From: Minisyncoccota bacterium
GTDB taxonomy: Bacteria > Patescibacteriota > Minisyncoccia > Phycocordibacterales > UBA9973
Direction: 5' to 3'
Assembly (NCBI GenBank): GCA_021734995.1
Contig: JAIPHX010000002.1
Location: 16,189 to 80,188 of the forward strand
Length of the DNA stretch: 64,000 bases
In this document: positions 40,733-52,586 of the stretch, piece by piece
How positions within the stretch are numbered: position 1 is the stretch's first letter
How the letters are laid out: each line of letters opens with the position of its first letter
The notes under the pieces: generated by a model
What the model saw: only the letters and a program-made list of their open reading frames with translations
Databases searched by the model: none
What the model was told of the DNA's origin: nothing
Program-made: the position numbers and the translations under genes

Positions 40733-42031
40733 ATGAGAAAATTAGCCATAAAATCCCGTATGTTTTTCATATTTATTGCCGATATAGCTATATCTATAGT
40801 GGCTCTTTTCTTGATGCTTTTATTTAGATATGGCACAGAAAATGTAGCCACCCAGTGGTCAACACATTTTATCCCGTTCATATTTGCATCTTTAATTTTT
40901 ACTATTACTTTTTACATATTTAATCTATACTCTTTTAGATTTAATAAAAACATCACAGAATTTATCGGCTCTTTTATAAAAAGTATCATTATAGGTCTTT
41001 GTTTTTCAATATTAATCTTTTACATTTTTGGAGATTTTTTTAAACTCACCCCAAAAACAAACCTCTTGATATTTACTAGTATCTTTGGAATTATTGATTT
41101 CTACTTTAGAATAAAAATTAAAAGATATTTTGACAGACAAGGATTTAATAGAAAAATAATTTTAATAGCAGAAGAAGAAAATAATTTAATACAAGAAATT
41201 AAAGATAATAAAAATGCTGGATACACAACCATTGATACCCTTAAAGTGCTTGATATAGACAAGATATTTTCACAAAACCCAGACCTAATCGTAACAGATG
41301 CTGTCAAAGAAAATAAACAAATATTTACTTTAATGAAAAAAGGAGTTTTTGTGTATACAATAAAAAATTTTTACGAAGAAGTCTTTCAAAAGATCCCTAT
41401 CAAAGACATATCTAAAGAAGAAGCCCTGCATTATGTTTTACAAAACAAAACAGTATTCAATTTTTTCAAAAGAAGCTTAGATATCGTTTTGTCTGTAACT
41501 CTATTTGTTATATTTATTCCTATTTTTATTCTTCTTGCAATTGCAATCAAAGTAACATCAAAAGGGCCTGTATTTTTTAAACACAAAAGAATTAGCTTAA
41601 ACGATGAGGAATTTATTATTTATAAATTTAGATCTATGTATATAGATGCTGAAAAAAACGGAGCAGTATGGACCAAAGACAATAAGACTGATGTGCGAAT
41701 TACTCCTGTGGGTAGATTTATAAGAGAAACTCATTTAGATGAAATACCACAGCTTATCAATATAATAAAAGGAGATCTGTCTTTTGTGGGGCCAAGACCA
41801 GAAAGACCAGAATTCACTCCACAACTTTCAAAAGATATTCAATATTATGATTTGAGGCATTCTGTAAAAGCTGGACTTACTGGCTGGGCTCAGGTAAATT
41901 ACAAGTATGGAGCATCTACAGAAGATGCTTTAGAAAAATTAAAATATGACTTTTATTACATCAAAAATAGAAATATATTTTTTGATATATTAATCATATT
42001 AAAAACAATTGCAAAGATATTTAATTATTAA
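40733..42031 (+). CDS. Polyprenyl glycosylphosphotransferase (priming sugar transferase)
   Basis: KFRSM, DEIPQL, SFVGPRPE, GLTGWAQV. Confidence 0.93.
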   Translation: MRKLAIKSRMFFIFIADIAISIVALFLMLLFRYGTENVATQWSTHFIPFIFASLIFTITFYIFNLYSFRFNKNITEFIGSFIKSIIIGLCFSILIFYIFGDFFKLTPKTNLLIFTSIFGIIDFYFRIKIKRYFDRQGFNRKIILIAEEENNLIQEIKDNKNAGYTTIDTLKVLDIDKIFSQNPDLIVTDAVKENKQIFTLMKKGVFVYTIKNFYEEVFQKIPIKDISKEEALHYVLQNKTVFNFFKRSLDIVLSVTLFVIFIPIFILLAIAIKVTSKGPVFFKHKRISLNDEEFIIYKFRSMYIDAEKNGAVWTKDNKTDVRITPVGRFIRETHLDEIPQLINIIKGDLSFVGPRPERPEFTPQLSKDIQYYDLRHSVKAGLTGWAQVNYKYGASTEDALEKLKYDFYYIKNRNIFFDILIILKTIAKIFNY

Positions 42032-42033
42032 AA

Positions 42034-42858
42034 ATGAGTACTCCTACAACAATCATCAGACCAAAAAAATTGTTTAGCCTTTCAGATTTAAAAGAACTCT
42101 GGGAATACAGAGAGCTGTTGTATTTTTTTACTTGGAGAGATCTAAAAGTAAGATACAAGCAGACATTTATTGGTGCTCTTTGGGCAATCTTTCAACCTTT
42201 TATCACAATGGTAGTATTCACTGTATTTTTTGGAGGATTATTAAAAATCCCCTCAGATGGAGTTCCCTACCCTATATTCGTATATACAGGATTATTATTT
42301 TGGCAATTTTTCTCTGGAGCATTAGCTGATACAAGCAATGTGCTTATTACAAATCAATCCATCATCACTAAAGTATATTTTCCAAGACTAATACTCCCCT
42401 TATCTTCAGTAGCCACAAAATTTGTAGATTTTTTTATCGCTTCTATTATCTTAATCGGAATGATGTTTTATTATGGATACGTTCCAAACCTAATTGGCCT
42501 TTTGGTCATACCAGTTTTACTTTTGATAACTTTTATGGCATCCGTTGGGCTTGGACTTTTCTTTGCTTCAATCAATGTAAAATACAGAGATGTAAGATAC
42601 ATTCTTCCTTTCTTTATCCAAATACTGATGTTTGTAACTCCTGTAATCTATCCAGCCGGCATTGCTGGTAAATATTCTTGGATACTAGCACTAAACCCTA
42701 TGATGGGAGTTATTCAAAGCGCTAGAGCAGCACTACTTGGAACTACAGTTTTAAATTGGCTTCTAGTGGTAATATCTCTAGTAGCCACTGCTGTGTTGTT
42801 GTTATTTGGTATATATATATTTAAAAAGACTGAAAAATATTTTGCAGATTTAATTTAA
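42034..42858 (+). CDS. wzm: Polysaccharide ABC transporter permease
   Basis: RDLKVRYKQT, KVYFPR, TPVIYP, LNPM. Confidence 0.92.
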   Translation: MSTPTTIIRPKKLFSLSDLKELWEYRELLYFFTWRDLKVRYKQTFIGALWAIFQPFITMVVFTVFFGGLLKIPSDGVPYPIFVYTGLLFWQFFSGALADTSNVLITNQSIITKVYFPRLILPLSSVATKFVDFFIASIILIGMMFYYGYVPNLIGLLVIPVLLLITFMASVGLGLFFASINVKYRDVRYILPFFIQILMFVTPVIYPAGIAGKYSWILALNPMMGVIQSARAALLGTTVLNWLLVVISLVATAVLLLFGIYIFKKTEKYFADLI

Positions 42859-42862
42859 AATT

Positions 42863-44110
42863 ATGGAAACAATCATAGAAGTAAAAAATATAAGTAAGAA
42901 ATACAACATAAATCATCAAAAAGGTGGTTATGTTGCTCTACGTGATGTTTTAACAAACATATTTAAGAACCCTTTTAATTTTTTAAAGTCTAAAACCAAA
43001 GAAATTATTGGTCTTGATAGGAAGGAGGAATTTTGGGCATTAAAAGACCTGAATTTTGAAATCAAAAAAGGAGAGATGGTAGGAATCATAGGTAGAAATG
43101 GAGCTGGTAAATCTACTCTTCTTAAAATATTATCTCAAATCACTCCCCCTACTACAGGGGAAATAAAAATCAAAGGTAGAGTAGGCTCTCTTTTGGAAGT
43201 AGGGACGGGTTTTCATCCTGAATTATCTGGAAGAGAAAATATTTTTTTAAATGGAGCAATCTTGGGAATGAAGAAAAAAGAAATTGAAGAAAAATTTGAT
43301 GATATTGTAGAATTTGCCGGAATTGAAAAGTTTATTGATACTCCTGTAAAATATTACTCTAGTGGAATGTACGTTCGTCTAGCTTTTTCTGTCGCAGCAC
43401 ACATGGAACCAGATATTCTAATAGTAGACGAAGTCCTTGCTGTGGGAGATGCAGAGTTTCAAAAAAAATGCCTTGGCAAAATGGAGGATATCACAAAAAA
43501 CAAAGAGAGAACAATTTTATTTGTGAGTCACAATATGGGAGCAGTCAAACAACTTTGCAACAAAACTATTCTAGTACAAGATGGTAAAATAATTGATTTT
43601 GGAGAAACAGAAAAAATAATAGAAAAATATTTATCTATTTCTAAAGAAAATTCTTCAGAAAAATGGGAAAACAAAGGAGATGAGTTTAATAATGACTATT
43701 TTAAACCTGAGAAATTTTACATTTCAAAAGATACAGATGAAAATATGTGGATTAACATTGAAGCTACTATTAAAAAAATTGACGATTCATTGACCATAGG
43801 ATATGCTCTATATTCAGAAGATAATATTTTATTATACTGGTCGTATCAAACAGACACAAAAAAAGCAGATTGGCCAAAATTAAAGATTGGGGTAAATTTA
43901 ATAAAAAGCAAATTACCTACAGATATTTTAAATAGTGGTATATTTTATATTAAAATGATAGGGGGGTTACATAAAACAATGTGGATTTTTTCTCCCAACA
44001 AGCCAAGTCCAACAATTACATTAAATTTAGAGAAAAATTTCACCCAATCAGCTTATTGGACACAAAAACGAATTGGAATATTAGCCCCAGCCATAAACTG
44101 GGAAAATTAA
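42863..44110 (+). CDS. wzt: Polysaccharide ABC transporter ATPase with C-terminal domain
   Basis: GRNGAGKST, YSSGMYVRLAF, DEVLAVGD. Confidence 0.94.
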   Translation: METIIEVKNISKKYNINHQKGGYVALRDVLTNIFKNPFNFLKSKTKEIIGLDRKEEFWALKDLNFEIKKGEMVGIIGRNGAGKSTLLKILSQITPPTTGEIKIKGRVGSLLEVGTGFHPELSGRENIFLNGAILGMKKKEIEEKFDDIVEFAGIEKFIDTPVKYYSSGMYVRLAFSVAAHMEPDILIVDEVLAVGDAEFQKKCLGKMEDITKNKERTILFVSHNMGAVKQLCNKTILVQDGKIIDFGETEKIIEKYLSISKENSSEKWENKGDEFNNDYFKPEKFYISKDTDENMWINIEATIKKIDDSLTIGYALYSEDNILLYWSYQTDTKKADWPKLKIGVNLIKSKLPTDILNSGIFYIKMIGGLHKTMWIFSPNKPSPTITLNLEKNFTQSAYWTQKRIGILAPAINWEN

Positions 44111-44122
44111 ACTGTAAAAAAC

Positions 44123-44866
44123 ATGGAAAACATAATATCAAAAATTAAAAAAAAATTAAACAACATAATATCAAAAAAGATAGATACTAGCGAAAATTAC
44201 ACTATCCATGAATCTTGCCAGATCCCAAACCTTAACTACATTTATAAGCAATATTTTTCATTCATCAAAAATGGCACTTTTGTAGAATTTGGAGCATATG
44301 ATGGAGAACAAAATAGTAACACTAGTGGATTAGCTGATATTGGCTGGACTGGATATTATATAGAACCTATTCCAGAATACTACAAAAGATGTGCGCAGAG
44401 ACATCAAAATAATAAAGACATTAAAACATTTAACTTGGCAATAGGGAGTGAAGAGAAAACTATTGAAATGAACATAGGTGGCGTATTGTCAACAAGTATG
44501 CCTAAAATAAAAGAATTATTTGAACAGATGGATTGGTCAAAAGGTTATCATTTAGGAGAAAAAATAAAAGTTAAACAGATAACATTAGACAATTTTTTAA
44601 CTTCAAACAATATTAAAAATATTGATTTATTAGCTATTGATATCGAAGGCCAAGAATGGGATGCCCTGAAGAAATTTGATATTAAAAAATGGAATCCGAA
44701 AATGGTTATTATTGAATTGCATGATCAAAATGATAATTATTTAATTATCAGAGAAGAATGTAATAATATTGTAAATTATTTTGACATAAATCAATATAAA
44801 ATAATTTACAAAGATTGGACAAACACCATTTATGTTCAAAAAAAATTATATCCTATATTTAAATAA
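44123..44866 (+). CDS. FkbM family methyltransferase
   Basis: VEFGAYDG..SNT, IEP, IDIEG.E. Confidence 0.88.
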   Translation: MENIISKIKKKLNNIISKKIDTSENYTIHESCQIPNLNYIYKQYFSFIKNGTFVEFGAYDGEQNSNTSGLADIGWTGYYIEPIPEYYKRCAQRHQNNKDIKTFNLAIGSEEKTIEMNIGGVLSTSMPKIKELFEQMDWSKGYHLGEKIKVKQITLDNFLTSNNIKNIDLLAIDIEGQEWDALKKFDIKKWNPKMVIIELHDQNDNYLIIREECNNIVNYFDINQYKIIYKDWTNTIYVQKKLYPIFK

Positions 44867-44881
44867 ATATTTAATAAAAAA

Positions 44882-45775
44882 ATGAACAATAAAGAAGAAA
44901 CAAGATACGATTATTTTTTAATTTGGGGAAATGGACTCCATCACAAAGATGGAATCTTAGATATAATTCGTGAAGAAAAATCTCTTAAAATTATAAAAAT
45001 CTTTGAGCACAAAATTAAAAACATGAAAAAATTTGTCAAAGAAGTTTATTCCCATGATTATGCTCCATATCAACATTTAAAAGATAAAACTAAATATCTT
45101 TTATCTACAGATCCAAAAGTTATTTTCATTTTCGTGAAAAACAAAAATAAAGATGAAGACTATTTTGGTGATAATGAATACAGACACATAGAATCAAAGA
45201 CAATAAGAAAATTAAAAGAAATCATACGTAATAAATATAATGAAAAAAAAGAAGAAAAACGTACAGAGAATCATGTTATACACGCATCTGATAATGAAAA
45301 TCAAACAGATTATATTTTAAAATATTTAGGACACCAAGAAGGGATAGATTTGTTTGAACCTTACTCAGACATAATTTCTATAAAAGAATTACAAACGACA
45401 GGTGTGTATGTTGTAAAAGAAATTCCAATGCAAAACATATATTGTTCTATTATATCTTCTGACTACCCCAAAAAAATAAAAACAATAACAAAAATAGAAA
45501 ACTCCCCCCATTTTAAGTATGTAGATGGAGACAAAGATTCTTATATAGAATATATAAATAAATTTCAAGGGACACTTCTTCAAGACAACCATAACCCTGA
45601 AGTATTTGATAATTTAATAAAATCTTTCCATTATTTAGATAAAGATAATTCAACTGGTTACATACTTACTAAAAAATTAAGAGATCAAAAATATATTATA
45701 TTAGATGGGCTACACAGAGCATCTATTTTGAAACATAAAAATGAAAAACATATAATAAGTGCAGTATTAGAATAA
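44882..45775 (+). CDS. Hypothetical protein with NDK-like and ParB/Srx-like motifs
   Basis: NHVIHASDN and ILDGLHRA motifs. Confidence 0.55.
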   Translation: MNNKEETRYDYFLIWGNGLHHKDGILDIIREEKSLKIIKIFEHKIKNMKKFVKEVYSHDYAPYQHLKDKTKYLLSTDPKVIFIFVKNKNKDEDYFGDNEYRHIESKTIRKLKEIIRNKYNEKKEEKRTENHVIHASDNENQTDYILKYLGHQEGIDLFEPYSDIISIKELQTTGVYVVKEIPMQNIYCSIISSDYPKKIKTITKIENSPHFKYVDGDKDSYIEYINKFQGTLLQDNHNPEVFDNLIKSFHYLDKDNSTGYILTKKLRDQKYIILDGLHRASILKHKNEKHIISAVLE

Positions 45776-45779
45776 AATT

Positions 45780-46424
45780 ATGAATGATAAAAATTTAAAA
45801 AAAATATTTGACTATATTCAAAATGATGAATATATTGTTATAAAGTTGGATGAAAATACCTTAGGGGACCATGGTAAAGATGTGGATATATATTGCAAAA
45901 ATATTTCTATTATTGGAAAAAAAATAATGCACATCGCTAATTCTTTATTAAAAACAAGAGAATACGATCAGATAAAGTTAATCGAAAACAAAAATGAAAA
46001 ACACGTCTATATAGACTTTTATAAAAACAATAATCTCAATTTTCGTTTTGATCTTTTTGGAAAATCACCAAATTTTAAAAATTTAACTATAAAAAAAGAA
46101 TTCTTTAGTGATTGTTTAAAGAACCGAATAAAAAAGACGATCATTAAAAACACAAGTACTTTTAATATTTTTATTCCAAATGAAAATCATGACTTGTTAT
46201 TTCGTTATATAGAATACACAGAAAACCATGCAGAAAGACCAGAAAAGATAAAGCATCTGCATTATGTTTCAAGCATGCTGACTGATAAAAATAAAATTTT
46301 CATTTTTTTATCATCTATATCTTTATATGTTTTAAAAAAAGATACCGAAAGAAAAAACACCTTATATATTAAAAATTGCATATTTTCTATTAAAAGAATT
46401 TTGAAAAAACTTCTAAGAATTTAA
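45780..46424 (+). CDS. Hypothetical protein, possible nucleotidyltransferase fold
   Basis: GKDVDIY..RFD acidic pattern. Confidence 0.45.
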   Translation: MNDKNLKKIFDYIQNDEYIVIKLDENTLGDHGKDVDIYCKNISIIGKKIMHIANSLLKTREYDQIKLIENKNEKHVYIDFYKNNNLNFRFDLFGKSPNFKNLTIKKEFFSDCLKNRIKKTIIKNTSTFNIFIPNENHDLLFRYIEYTENHAERPEKIKHLHYVSSMLTDKNKIFIFLSSISLYVLKKDTERKNTLYIKNCIFSIKRILKKLLRI

Positions 46425-46433
46425 ATAAAATTA

Positions 46434-47213
46434 ATGAATAGTGAACTAAAAAATAAAATAGATGCAATTATACCAGCATACAATGGAGCGAGATTTATTT
46501 TGCAAGCCTTGGATTCTGTTGTAAATCAAACACTCCCCCCAAACAAAATCATTGTGGTAGATGATGGATCAACGGACAACACAAATAAAATTGTATCTAA
46601 CTATGCAAAAAACTCCAAAATAGAAATCAAGATAGTTCAAAAAGAAAATGGAGGGTTAAGCTCTGCTAGGAATGCAGGCATAAAAGAAAGCAATGCTTAT
46701 TTTATTGGATTTTTAGATGCTGATGATGTTTGGACACCTGAAAAACTCTCTGAACAGATAAAGATTTTTGAAGATACAGAATTTGGGAATTTAGGTTTAG
46801 TATATTGTGATTATTTTATAATAGATAAAAATGGTAATGTAAATAAAAAAGAAAAAAAAATTCCTCTAAACCAAGGTATTAGAGGTTCTGCTTTTCCTTT
46901 TTTATTGGTAGGAAATAAAGTTCTTTCTAGTGGAAGTGGTGTCTTAATAAAAAAAGAAGTATTTAATACTGTGGGATATTTTGACGAGTCATTAAAATAT
47001 GCAGAAGATTGGGATATGTGGCTCAGAATTTCTCAAAAATATGAAATTGATTACTCTGTAAAAAGATTAGTAAAAATAAGAAGACACGACGAAAATATGA
47101 CAAAATCAAAATTAAACAAAATAAAAGGAGAAGCTAAATTCTATAAAAAATGGCTTGGTAAGAATAAAATACAACTGCAACATATTTTTAGAAGAATTTT
47201 TAAATTTATTTAA
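46434..47213 (+). CDS. GT2 glycosyltransferase
   Basis: IIPAYN, VDDGSTD, FLDADD, EDWD. Confidence 0.92.
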   Translation: MNSELKNKIDAIIPAYNGARFILQALDSVVNQTLPPNKIIVVDDGSTDNTNKIVSNYAKNSKIEIKIVQKENGGLSSARNAGIKESNAYFIGFLDADDVWTPEKLSEQIKIFEDTEFGNLGLVYCDYFIIDKNGNVNKKEKKIPLNQGIRGSAFPFLLVGNKVLSSGSGVLIKKEVFNTVGYFDESLKYAEDWDMWLRISQKYEIDYSVKRLVKIRRHDENMTKSKLNKIKGEAKFYKKWLGKNKIQLQHIFRRIFKFI

Positions 47214-48060
47214 TAAAATGTTTTTTCTCTTTTTTAAAAAAAGCTTTTATTTTATTTAAAAGAGGGCGAGAAACAGGTAAAAAGGGATACATTATAATAA
47301 AAGAAGTTTTAACAATACTTATAAAAACCTGTTTTAATTTATCTGAATATAAATTGCAATATCTTAAACTTATTTTAAAGGTTCTCCATGCTTGAATATT
47401 TCTATTGGAAGAAGAGATAGAATTGCCCCTACTTACCAAAAAAACCGAACAAAAAGGGATGTTTGCTAATTTACCTTCTAGTCCAAGCCTCAACCACAAG
47501 TCATAATCTTCCACATGTCTTGCTGTAATATCTTCACTATAACCACCCAACCTGACAACTGTTTCTTTTCTAAAAAATACAGACGAATGTAAAAAACAAT
47601 TCATCCCGATAATCCTTTTTTTAATTTCTTTATTGGTGGTAGGAGGAATATATTCAACCGAGTTACCACTTTCATCAACAGCCACCACCCCTGTCCCCAC
47701 CAAAACATAATCTGGATTACTATCAAGAAACTCTACCTGTTTTTGTAGTTTGTCTTTATCTATCCATAGATCATCATCATCTATTCGAGCGATATATTCC
47801 CCTTTTGCCAAACCCAACCCTTTATTTAAAGTTTTTTGAATTCCTAAATTTTGTTCATTTTTTATATAGATAATCCTAGAATCTTTACTTTTTAAATCTT
47901 CAACTACTTCCTTTGTATTATCTGTAGAGCCATCATCTATTACTAATAGTTCCCAATCTTTAAAAGATTGCTCAGTCACACTTTCAATTGATTTTTGAAT
48001 TCTTTCGGCTCCATTGTATGTCGGCAATATTATTGAAACTTTTATTTTTTCTATTCCCAT
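47206..48060 (-). CDS. GT2 glycosyltransferase
   Basis: ILPTYN, IDDGSTD, RIDDDD, EDYD. Confidence 0.92.
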   Translation of the reverse strand: MGIEKIKVSIILPTYNGAERIQKSIESVTEQSFKDWELLVIDDGSTDNTKEVVEDLKSKDSRIIYIKNEQNLGIQKTLNKGLGLAKGEYIARIDDDDLWIDKDKLQKQVEFLDSNPDYVLVGTGVVAVDESGNSVEYIPPTTNKEIKKRIIGMNCFLHSSVFFRKETVVRLGGYSEDITARHVEDYDLWLRLGLEGKLANIPFCSVFLVSRGNSISSSNRNIQAWRTFKISLRYCNLYSDKLKQVFISIVKTSFIIMYPFLPVSRPLLNKIKAFFKKEKKHFIK

Positions 48061-48063
48061 ATA

Positions 48064-48885
48064 TTATATTCTAATCCATTTTTCAGGAATTAAATCATTT
48101 GTATTGATAGACTCATCTGCAAACCATTTTTTAGGACAAACCACCATACTAGACCCAGAAAGCCAAGCCCCCCACCAAGAAAAAGTACTGTTTGGGATAA
48201 TAAAATATTTACACAAACTCATTAAAAATAAATTTCCTTCACCTTTTTCTCCACTATATTCATTCCCCACAAATACTGTAGGTATAGGGAAATTCATATT
48301 ATTCCTACACCAATCTATATCATCCGAGAAAATATACACTTTATCAATCTTCACTTTTTCTTTTAAAATATCAAAAGCTTTTTTGTAAAAATCTTTATCC
48401 AATACATCATGAAAAGTATTTCCAACAAAATCCCCTCTTCGCACATGCACACACAAAGATTTTTTGTCTTTTATCTCTTTTGCTAAATTTTGAATCTCTA
48501 AAGAAAAATCTTTTTTAAAAGAAAAATCTTTTTTAATTATATCTTCATATCCTTCAAAATATTTAGGACTTTGCCAATATCCTTCCAAAATAGCATTATC
48601 CCCGATTTTAAAAATTTCAGAATCAAAATGAAAAAACTTTTCTTTTATCACCTTACCAGACATACCAAATAAAAATCTTTTGAATATATTTAATTTTTTT
48701 TCAATTTTTAAATCTGAAAACAAATTAAAAACGTCTAAATCATATTCCCTCTTTGGCTTTAAATCTAAATCATAAAAACTTGTATCCAGCACCAAAGGAA
48801 CTTTATTTTTCATAGACAAAACCCTCCCAAGAGCATACTGAAACATCTGATTACCCATTCCTCCTTTTAAATATATTTTAATCAT
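48064..48885 (-). CDS. GT11 alpha-1,2-fucosyltransferase
   Basis: [28 protein letters not shown]. Confidence 0.93.
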   Translation of the reverse strand: MIKIYLKGGMGNQMFQYALGRVLSMKNKVPLVLDTSFYDLDLKPKREYDLDVFNLFSDLKIEKKLNIFKRFLFGMSGKVIKEKFFHFDSEIFKIGDNAILEGYWQSPKYFEGYEDIIKKDFSFKKDFSLEIQNLAKEIKDKKSLCVHVRRGDFVGNTFHDVLDKDFYKKAFDILKEKVKIDKVYIFSDDIDWCRNNMNFPIPTVFVGNEYSGEKGEGNLFLMSLCKYFIIPNSTFSWWGAWLSGSSMVVCPKKWFADESINTNDLIPEKWIRI

Positions 48886-49813
48886 TTTTATTATCTAAAT
48901 ACCATTCATAAGTTGATTTTAATCCATCTGCAAGCTCTGTCTTATGTTTCCACCCTATTGAATTTAGTTTAGAAACATCCAAGAGTTTTCTTGGGGTGCC
49001 ATCCGGTTTTGTGCTATCCCAAACAATATCCCCATTATACCCTACAACTTCTTTTATCATTTGAGCTAGTTCCTTTATTGAAAGGTCTTCTCCTGTGCCA
49101 ATATTCACGATCTCACTTTCATCATAATTATTCATTAAAAATAAACAAGCATCTGCTAAATCATCCACATGCAGAAATTCTCTTTTAGGCATACCAGTCC
49201 CCCAAAGAACAACTTCTTTTTTATTTATACGCTTTGCATCATCAAATTTTCTCAACATTGCTGGCAATACATGAGAACTTTCCAAATCAAAATTATCATT
49301 AGGCCCATACAGATTTGTAGGCATGACACTAATGTATTTAGTGCCATATTGCTTGTTAAATGCCTGACACAAAGCAATCCCTGCAATCTTAGCAATTGCA
49401 TAAGGAGCGTTTGTTTCTTCCAAAGCCCCAGTCAAAAGATACTCCTCTTTGATAGGTTGCTCTGCAAATTTTGGATAAATACAAGAACTACCAAGAAAAA
49501 GAAGTTTCTTGACATTGTTTTTATAAGCACTATTTATGATATTTGTTTCAATCATCAAATTTTCATAAATAAAATCAGCTGGTCTTTCTTTGTTTGCTAA
49601 GATCCCTCCCACCTTAGCTGCTGAAAGAAAGACATAATCTGGTTTTTCTCTAGCAAAAAATAAGTCTACCTCTGCTTGATTGAGTAAATCAAGCTCTTCT
49701 CTTGTCTTTTTTATAATCTTTGAATACCCCTCTTTTTCTAACACTCTAACTAAAGCAGAGCCTACCAATCCTCTATGCCCTGCCACATATATTTTTGAAT
49801 TTTTATCCATCAT
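48878..49813 (-). CDS. fcl: GDP-L-fucose synthase
   Basis: [27 protein letters not shown]. Confidence 0.95.
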   Translation of the reverse strand: MMDKNSKIYVAGHRGLVGSALVRVLEKEGYSKIIKKTREELDLLNQAEVDLFFAREKPDYVFLSAAKVGGILANKERPADFIYENLMIETNIINSAYKNNVKKLLFLGSSCIYPKFAEQPIKEEYLLTGALEETNAPYAIAKIAGIALCQAFNKQYGTKYISVMPTNLYGPNDNFDLESSHVLPAMLRKFDDAKRINKKEVVLWGTGMPKREFLHVDDLADACLFLMNNYDESEIVNIGTGEDLSIKELAQMIKEVVGYNGDIVWDSTKPDGTPRKLLDVSKLNSIGWKHKTELADGLKSTYEWYLDNKND

Positions 49814-50877
49814 TATTTAATATACTCATTAAAATCCAATCCTTTTTCTTTAAATTCTTCTTGCACCATAAGTAAAATTAAATCTTTAAATTTAGTCTTT
49901 GTCTCCCAGCCAAGCTTTTCTTTTGCTTTAGTAGCATCTCCCAGCAGAAGATCTACTTCTGCTGGTCTGTAATATTTACTATCAATGGCAATTAATTCTC
50001 TCCCACTTTTTTTATCAAATCCAATTTCTTCTAATCCATTTCCTTTCCACTCTATTTCATATCCTAAAAGAGAAGCAGTGTATTCTACCAATTCTCGCAC
50101 GGAATGAGTTTCTCCTGTAGCAATAACATAATCATCTGGCATATCTTGCTGAAGCATAAACCACATAGCTTCTACATAATCTTTAGCATAACCCCAATCT
50201 CTTTTAGAATCTAAATTTCCTAGATAAAGTATCTCTTGCTTGCCAAGTAAAATATTTACCAATCCTTCTGTTACTTTTTTTGTTACAAAAGTTTTTCCTC
50301 TTCTTGGAGATTCGTGATTAAATAATATTCCATTAGCAATAAACATTTTATAAGAATCACGATAATTTTTGCAAATAAAATGAGAGAAAACTTTTGCACA
50401 AGCATAAGGACTTTGTGGATTGAAAGGGGTAGTCTCTTTTTGGGGAGTTTCCAACACTTTTCCAAACATTTCACTAGACCCTGCTTGATAAAATCTAATA
50501 GGTAAGCCACTATCTTTTACTGCATTTAATAATCTCAAGGTTCCTAATGCATCTACATCTACAGTATATTCTGGAATATCAAAACTAACTCTCACATGAC
50601 TTTGTGCACCCAAGTTATACACTTCATCTGGTGACACATTTTTAATGATATTATGCAAACTACTACCATCAGACAAGTCTCCATAGTGTAACACTAATTT
50701 TTTGTCTTCTTCGTGTGGATCCTGATATATATGCTCTATACGGCCTGTATTGAAGCTAGAAGAGCGTCTTATGATACCATGCACCTGATAGCCCTTCTCT
50801 ATCAAGAAATCAGCCAAATACGAGCCATCTTGACCTGTTATTCCTATTATTAAAGCTTTTTTGATGTATCTAGTCAT
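49813..50877 (-). CDS. gmd: GDP-mannose 4,6-dehydratase
   Basis: [25 protein letters not shown]. Confidence 0.96.
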   Translation of the reverse strand: MTRYIKKALIIGITGQDGSYLADFLIEKGYQVHGIIRRSSSFNTGRIEHIYQDPHEEDKKLVLHYGDLSDGSSLHNIIKNVSPDEVYNLGAQSHVRVSFDIPEYTVDVDALGTLRLLNAVKDSGLPIRFYQAGSSEMFGKVLETPQKETTPFNPQSPYACAKVFSHFICKNYRDSYKMFIANGILFNHESPRRGKTFVTKKVTEGLVNILLGKQEILYLGNLDSKRDWGYAKDYVEAMWFMLQQDMPDDYVIATGETHSVRELVEYTASLLGYEIEWKGNGLEEIGFDKKSGRELIAIDSKYYRPAEVDLLLGDATKAKEKLGWETKTKFKDLILLMVQEEFKEKGLDFNEYIK

Positions 50878-50878
50878 A

Positions 50879-51565
50879 TTATTTATATTCTTTTAGTTTA
50901 ACTAATAAATCTTCAGGGTGCAACACTTCTACAGCATCAATGACACCCAAAACTGTCTCATCATTACCACCTGAAAATAATGCATCTCCATAATAAATAC
51001 ATTCATTTTTATCCCAGCCAAAACGTTTTAATAATTTTTCAATATTTTTCCCTTTAGTAGAATCTTTATAAGTATAGTCTAGACAAGTAGTACCCCCTAT
51101 TCTACATTCAAGATCTTCACTATTAAAAGGAAACTTTTCCAACAAAGATCTTCTAAATTCACCCTTTGGGTCAAAAGTTCTTTTTTTATCTAAATCAGAA
51201 TTATGGCCCAAAAAACTAAAAGCCATTTGAGATCCCCTGTCTTGAAGCAGATCCTCTTCTATACCAAGAATATCTTGGTCTGATAAAAAATCTTTTATTT
51301 TTTGTAAATGGTCTATTACTTCTTTCTTGTTATTTTCATCAAATGTTCTCTGCCAAAAAGGTGTATCACTCCCAGACTGTGCCAATATATAATCCACAGA
51401 ATTAGAAAGCTGTTTTAACATTTGCTCTCTAGAAGCACCACTAATAGCAATAGTAATATTGCCTTTATTTCTTAAAGAAGCTAGCATTTCTGCCATTTCT
51501 TGCTTAATTTCTTGCCTACTAGGAGTCAACGTCCCATCCATATCAAAGAAAAAATATTTTTTCAT
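50879..51565 (-). CDS. HAD-IIB phosphomannomutase (eukaryotic PMM-like)
   Basis: [26 protein letters not shown]; upstream of gmd. Confidence 0.8.
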   Translation of the reverse strand: MKKYFFFDMDGTLTPSRQEIKQEMAEMLASLRNKGNITIAISGASREQMLKQLSNSVDYILAQSGSDTPFWQRTFDENNKKEVIDHLQKIKDFLSDQDILGIEEDLLQDRGSQMAFSFLGHNSDLDKKRTFDPKGEFRRSLLEKFPFNSEDLECRIGGTTCLDYTYKDSTKGKNIEKLLKRFGWDKNECIYYGDALFSGGNDETVLGVIDAVEVLHPEDLLVKLKEYK

Positions 51566-51583
51566 AAATCAATCTATGTTAAC

Positions 51584-52582
51584 TTAATAATCAAACCCGT
51601 TTGGATTATTTTTATACCATCTAGCCAAAGAATTAATGCTATCTTTCAAATCTTTTTTTGAATTAAATCTAAGAGCATCTTTTGCTAGAGAATTATCTGC
51701 ATAAATCACAGTATACTCTCCTTTTCTAGCTTCCCCTGTATCTAATGGAAAATCTACCCCTAGCTCATCTTTCACTTTTTGAATCACTTCCTTTACTGAA
51801 AGACCATCCCCGTTACCAATATTACACACCAAAGATTTATCTGCATCTATATATTGCAAAGCTTTAAGATGAGCTTCCACAAGATCTTCTACATCTATAT
51901 AATCCCGCACAGGAGTGCCGTCTTTACTTTCTACTTTTGGACAAGTTAGTTTAAAATCTTGCAGTCCTAATGCTCCCCTTACTGCATTTTGCACCAAAAG
52001 TTCTGATGGTTTTTTACTATCTCCTATCTCTCCTTCCATGTCTGCGCCACACACATTAAAATATCTTAAGATTGCATAATTAAAATTATACAACTCTCCA
52101 TACCATTTAATTATTTTTTCACACATAAGCTTGGATTCACCATATGGATTGGTAGGATTGGTAGGATGTTTTTCATCTACTGGTAAATATTGAGCATCAC
52201 CATACACCGCACAAGTAGAAGAAAAAACAATCTTTCTGACATTATTGTCTTTCATTGCATTCAATAAATTTAAGGTTCCAAAAACATTGTTTTCAAAATA
52301 CATTTCTGGCTTCTCCATTGATTCATTCACAAGGCACAATGCTCCAAAATGCATGACCGCATCTATTTTATTTTCCTCAAAAACCTTTTGAACATCTTCT
52401 TTGTTTTTAAGATCTCCATTAAACACAACCAGCTCTCCATATTTTTTTAAAATTTCTAAAGGTTTTTTATATCCTCTAAAAAAGTTATCAAACACGACTA
52501 CACTATGACCTTCTTTCAAAAGCTTTTTGACTGCATGACTACCTATGTATCCCCCTCCACCTGTTACTAAAATTTTTTGCAT
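51584..52582 (-). CDS. galE: UDP-glucose 4-epimerase
   Basis: GGGGYIGSH, PYGESK, LRYFN, DGT.VRDYI. Confidence 0.93.
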   Translation of the reverse strand: MQKILVTGGGGYIGSHAVKKLLKEGHSVVVFDNFFRGYKKPLEILKKYGELVVFNGDLKNKEDVQKVFEENKIDAVMHFGALCLVNESMEKPEMYFENNVFGTLNLLNAMKDNNVRKIVFSSTCAVYGDAQYLPVDEKHPTNPTNPYGESKLMCEKIIKWYGELYNFNYAILRYFNVCGADMEGEIGDSKKPSELLVQNAVRGALGLQDFKLTCPKVESKDGTPVRDYIDVEDLVEAHLKALQYIDADKSLVCNIGNGDGLSVKEVIQKVKDELGVDFPLDTGEARKGEYTVIYADNSLAKDALRFNSKKDLKDSINSLARWYKNNPNGFDY

Positions 52583-52586
52583 GGTG

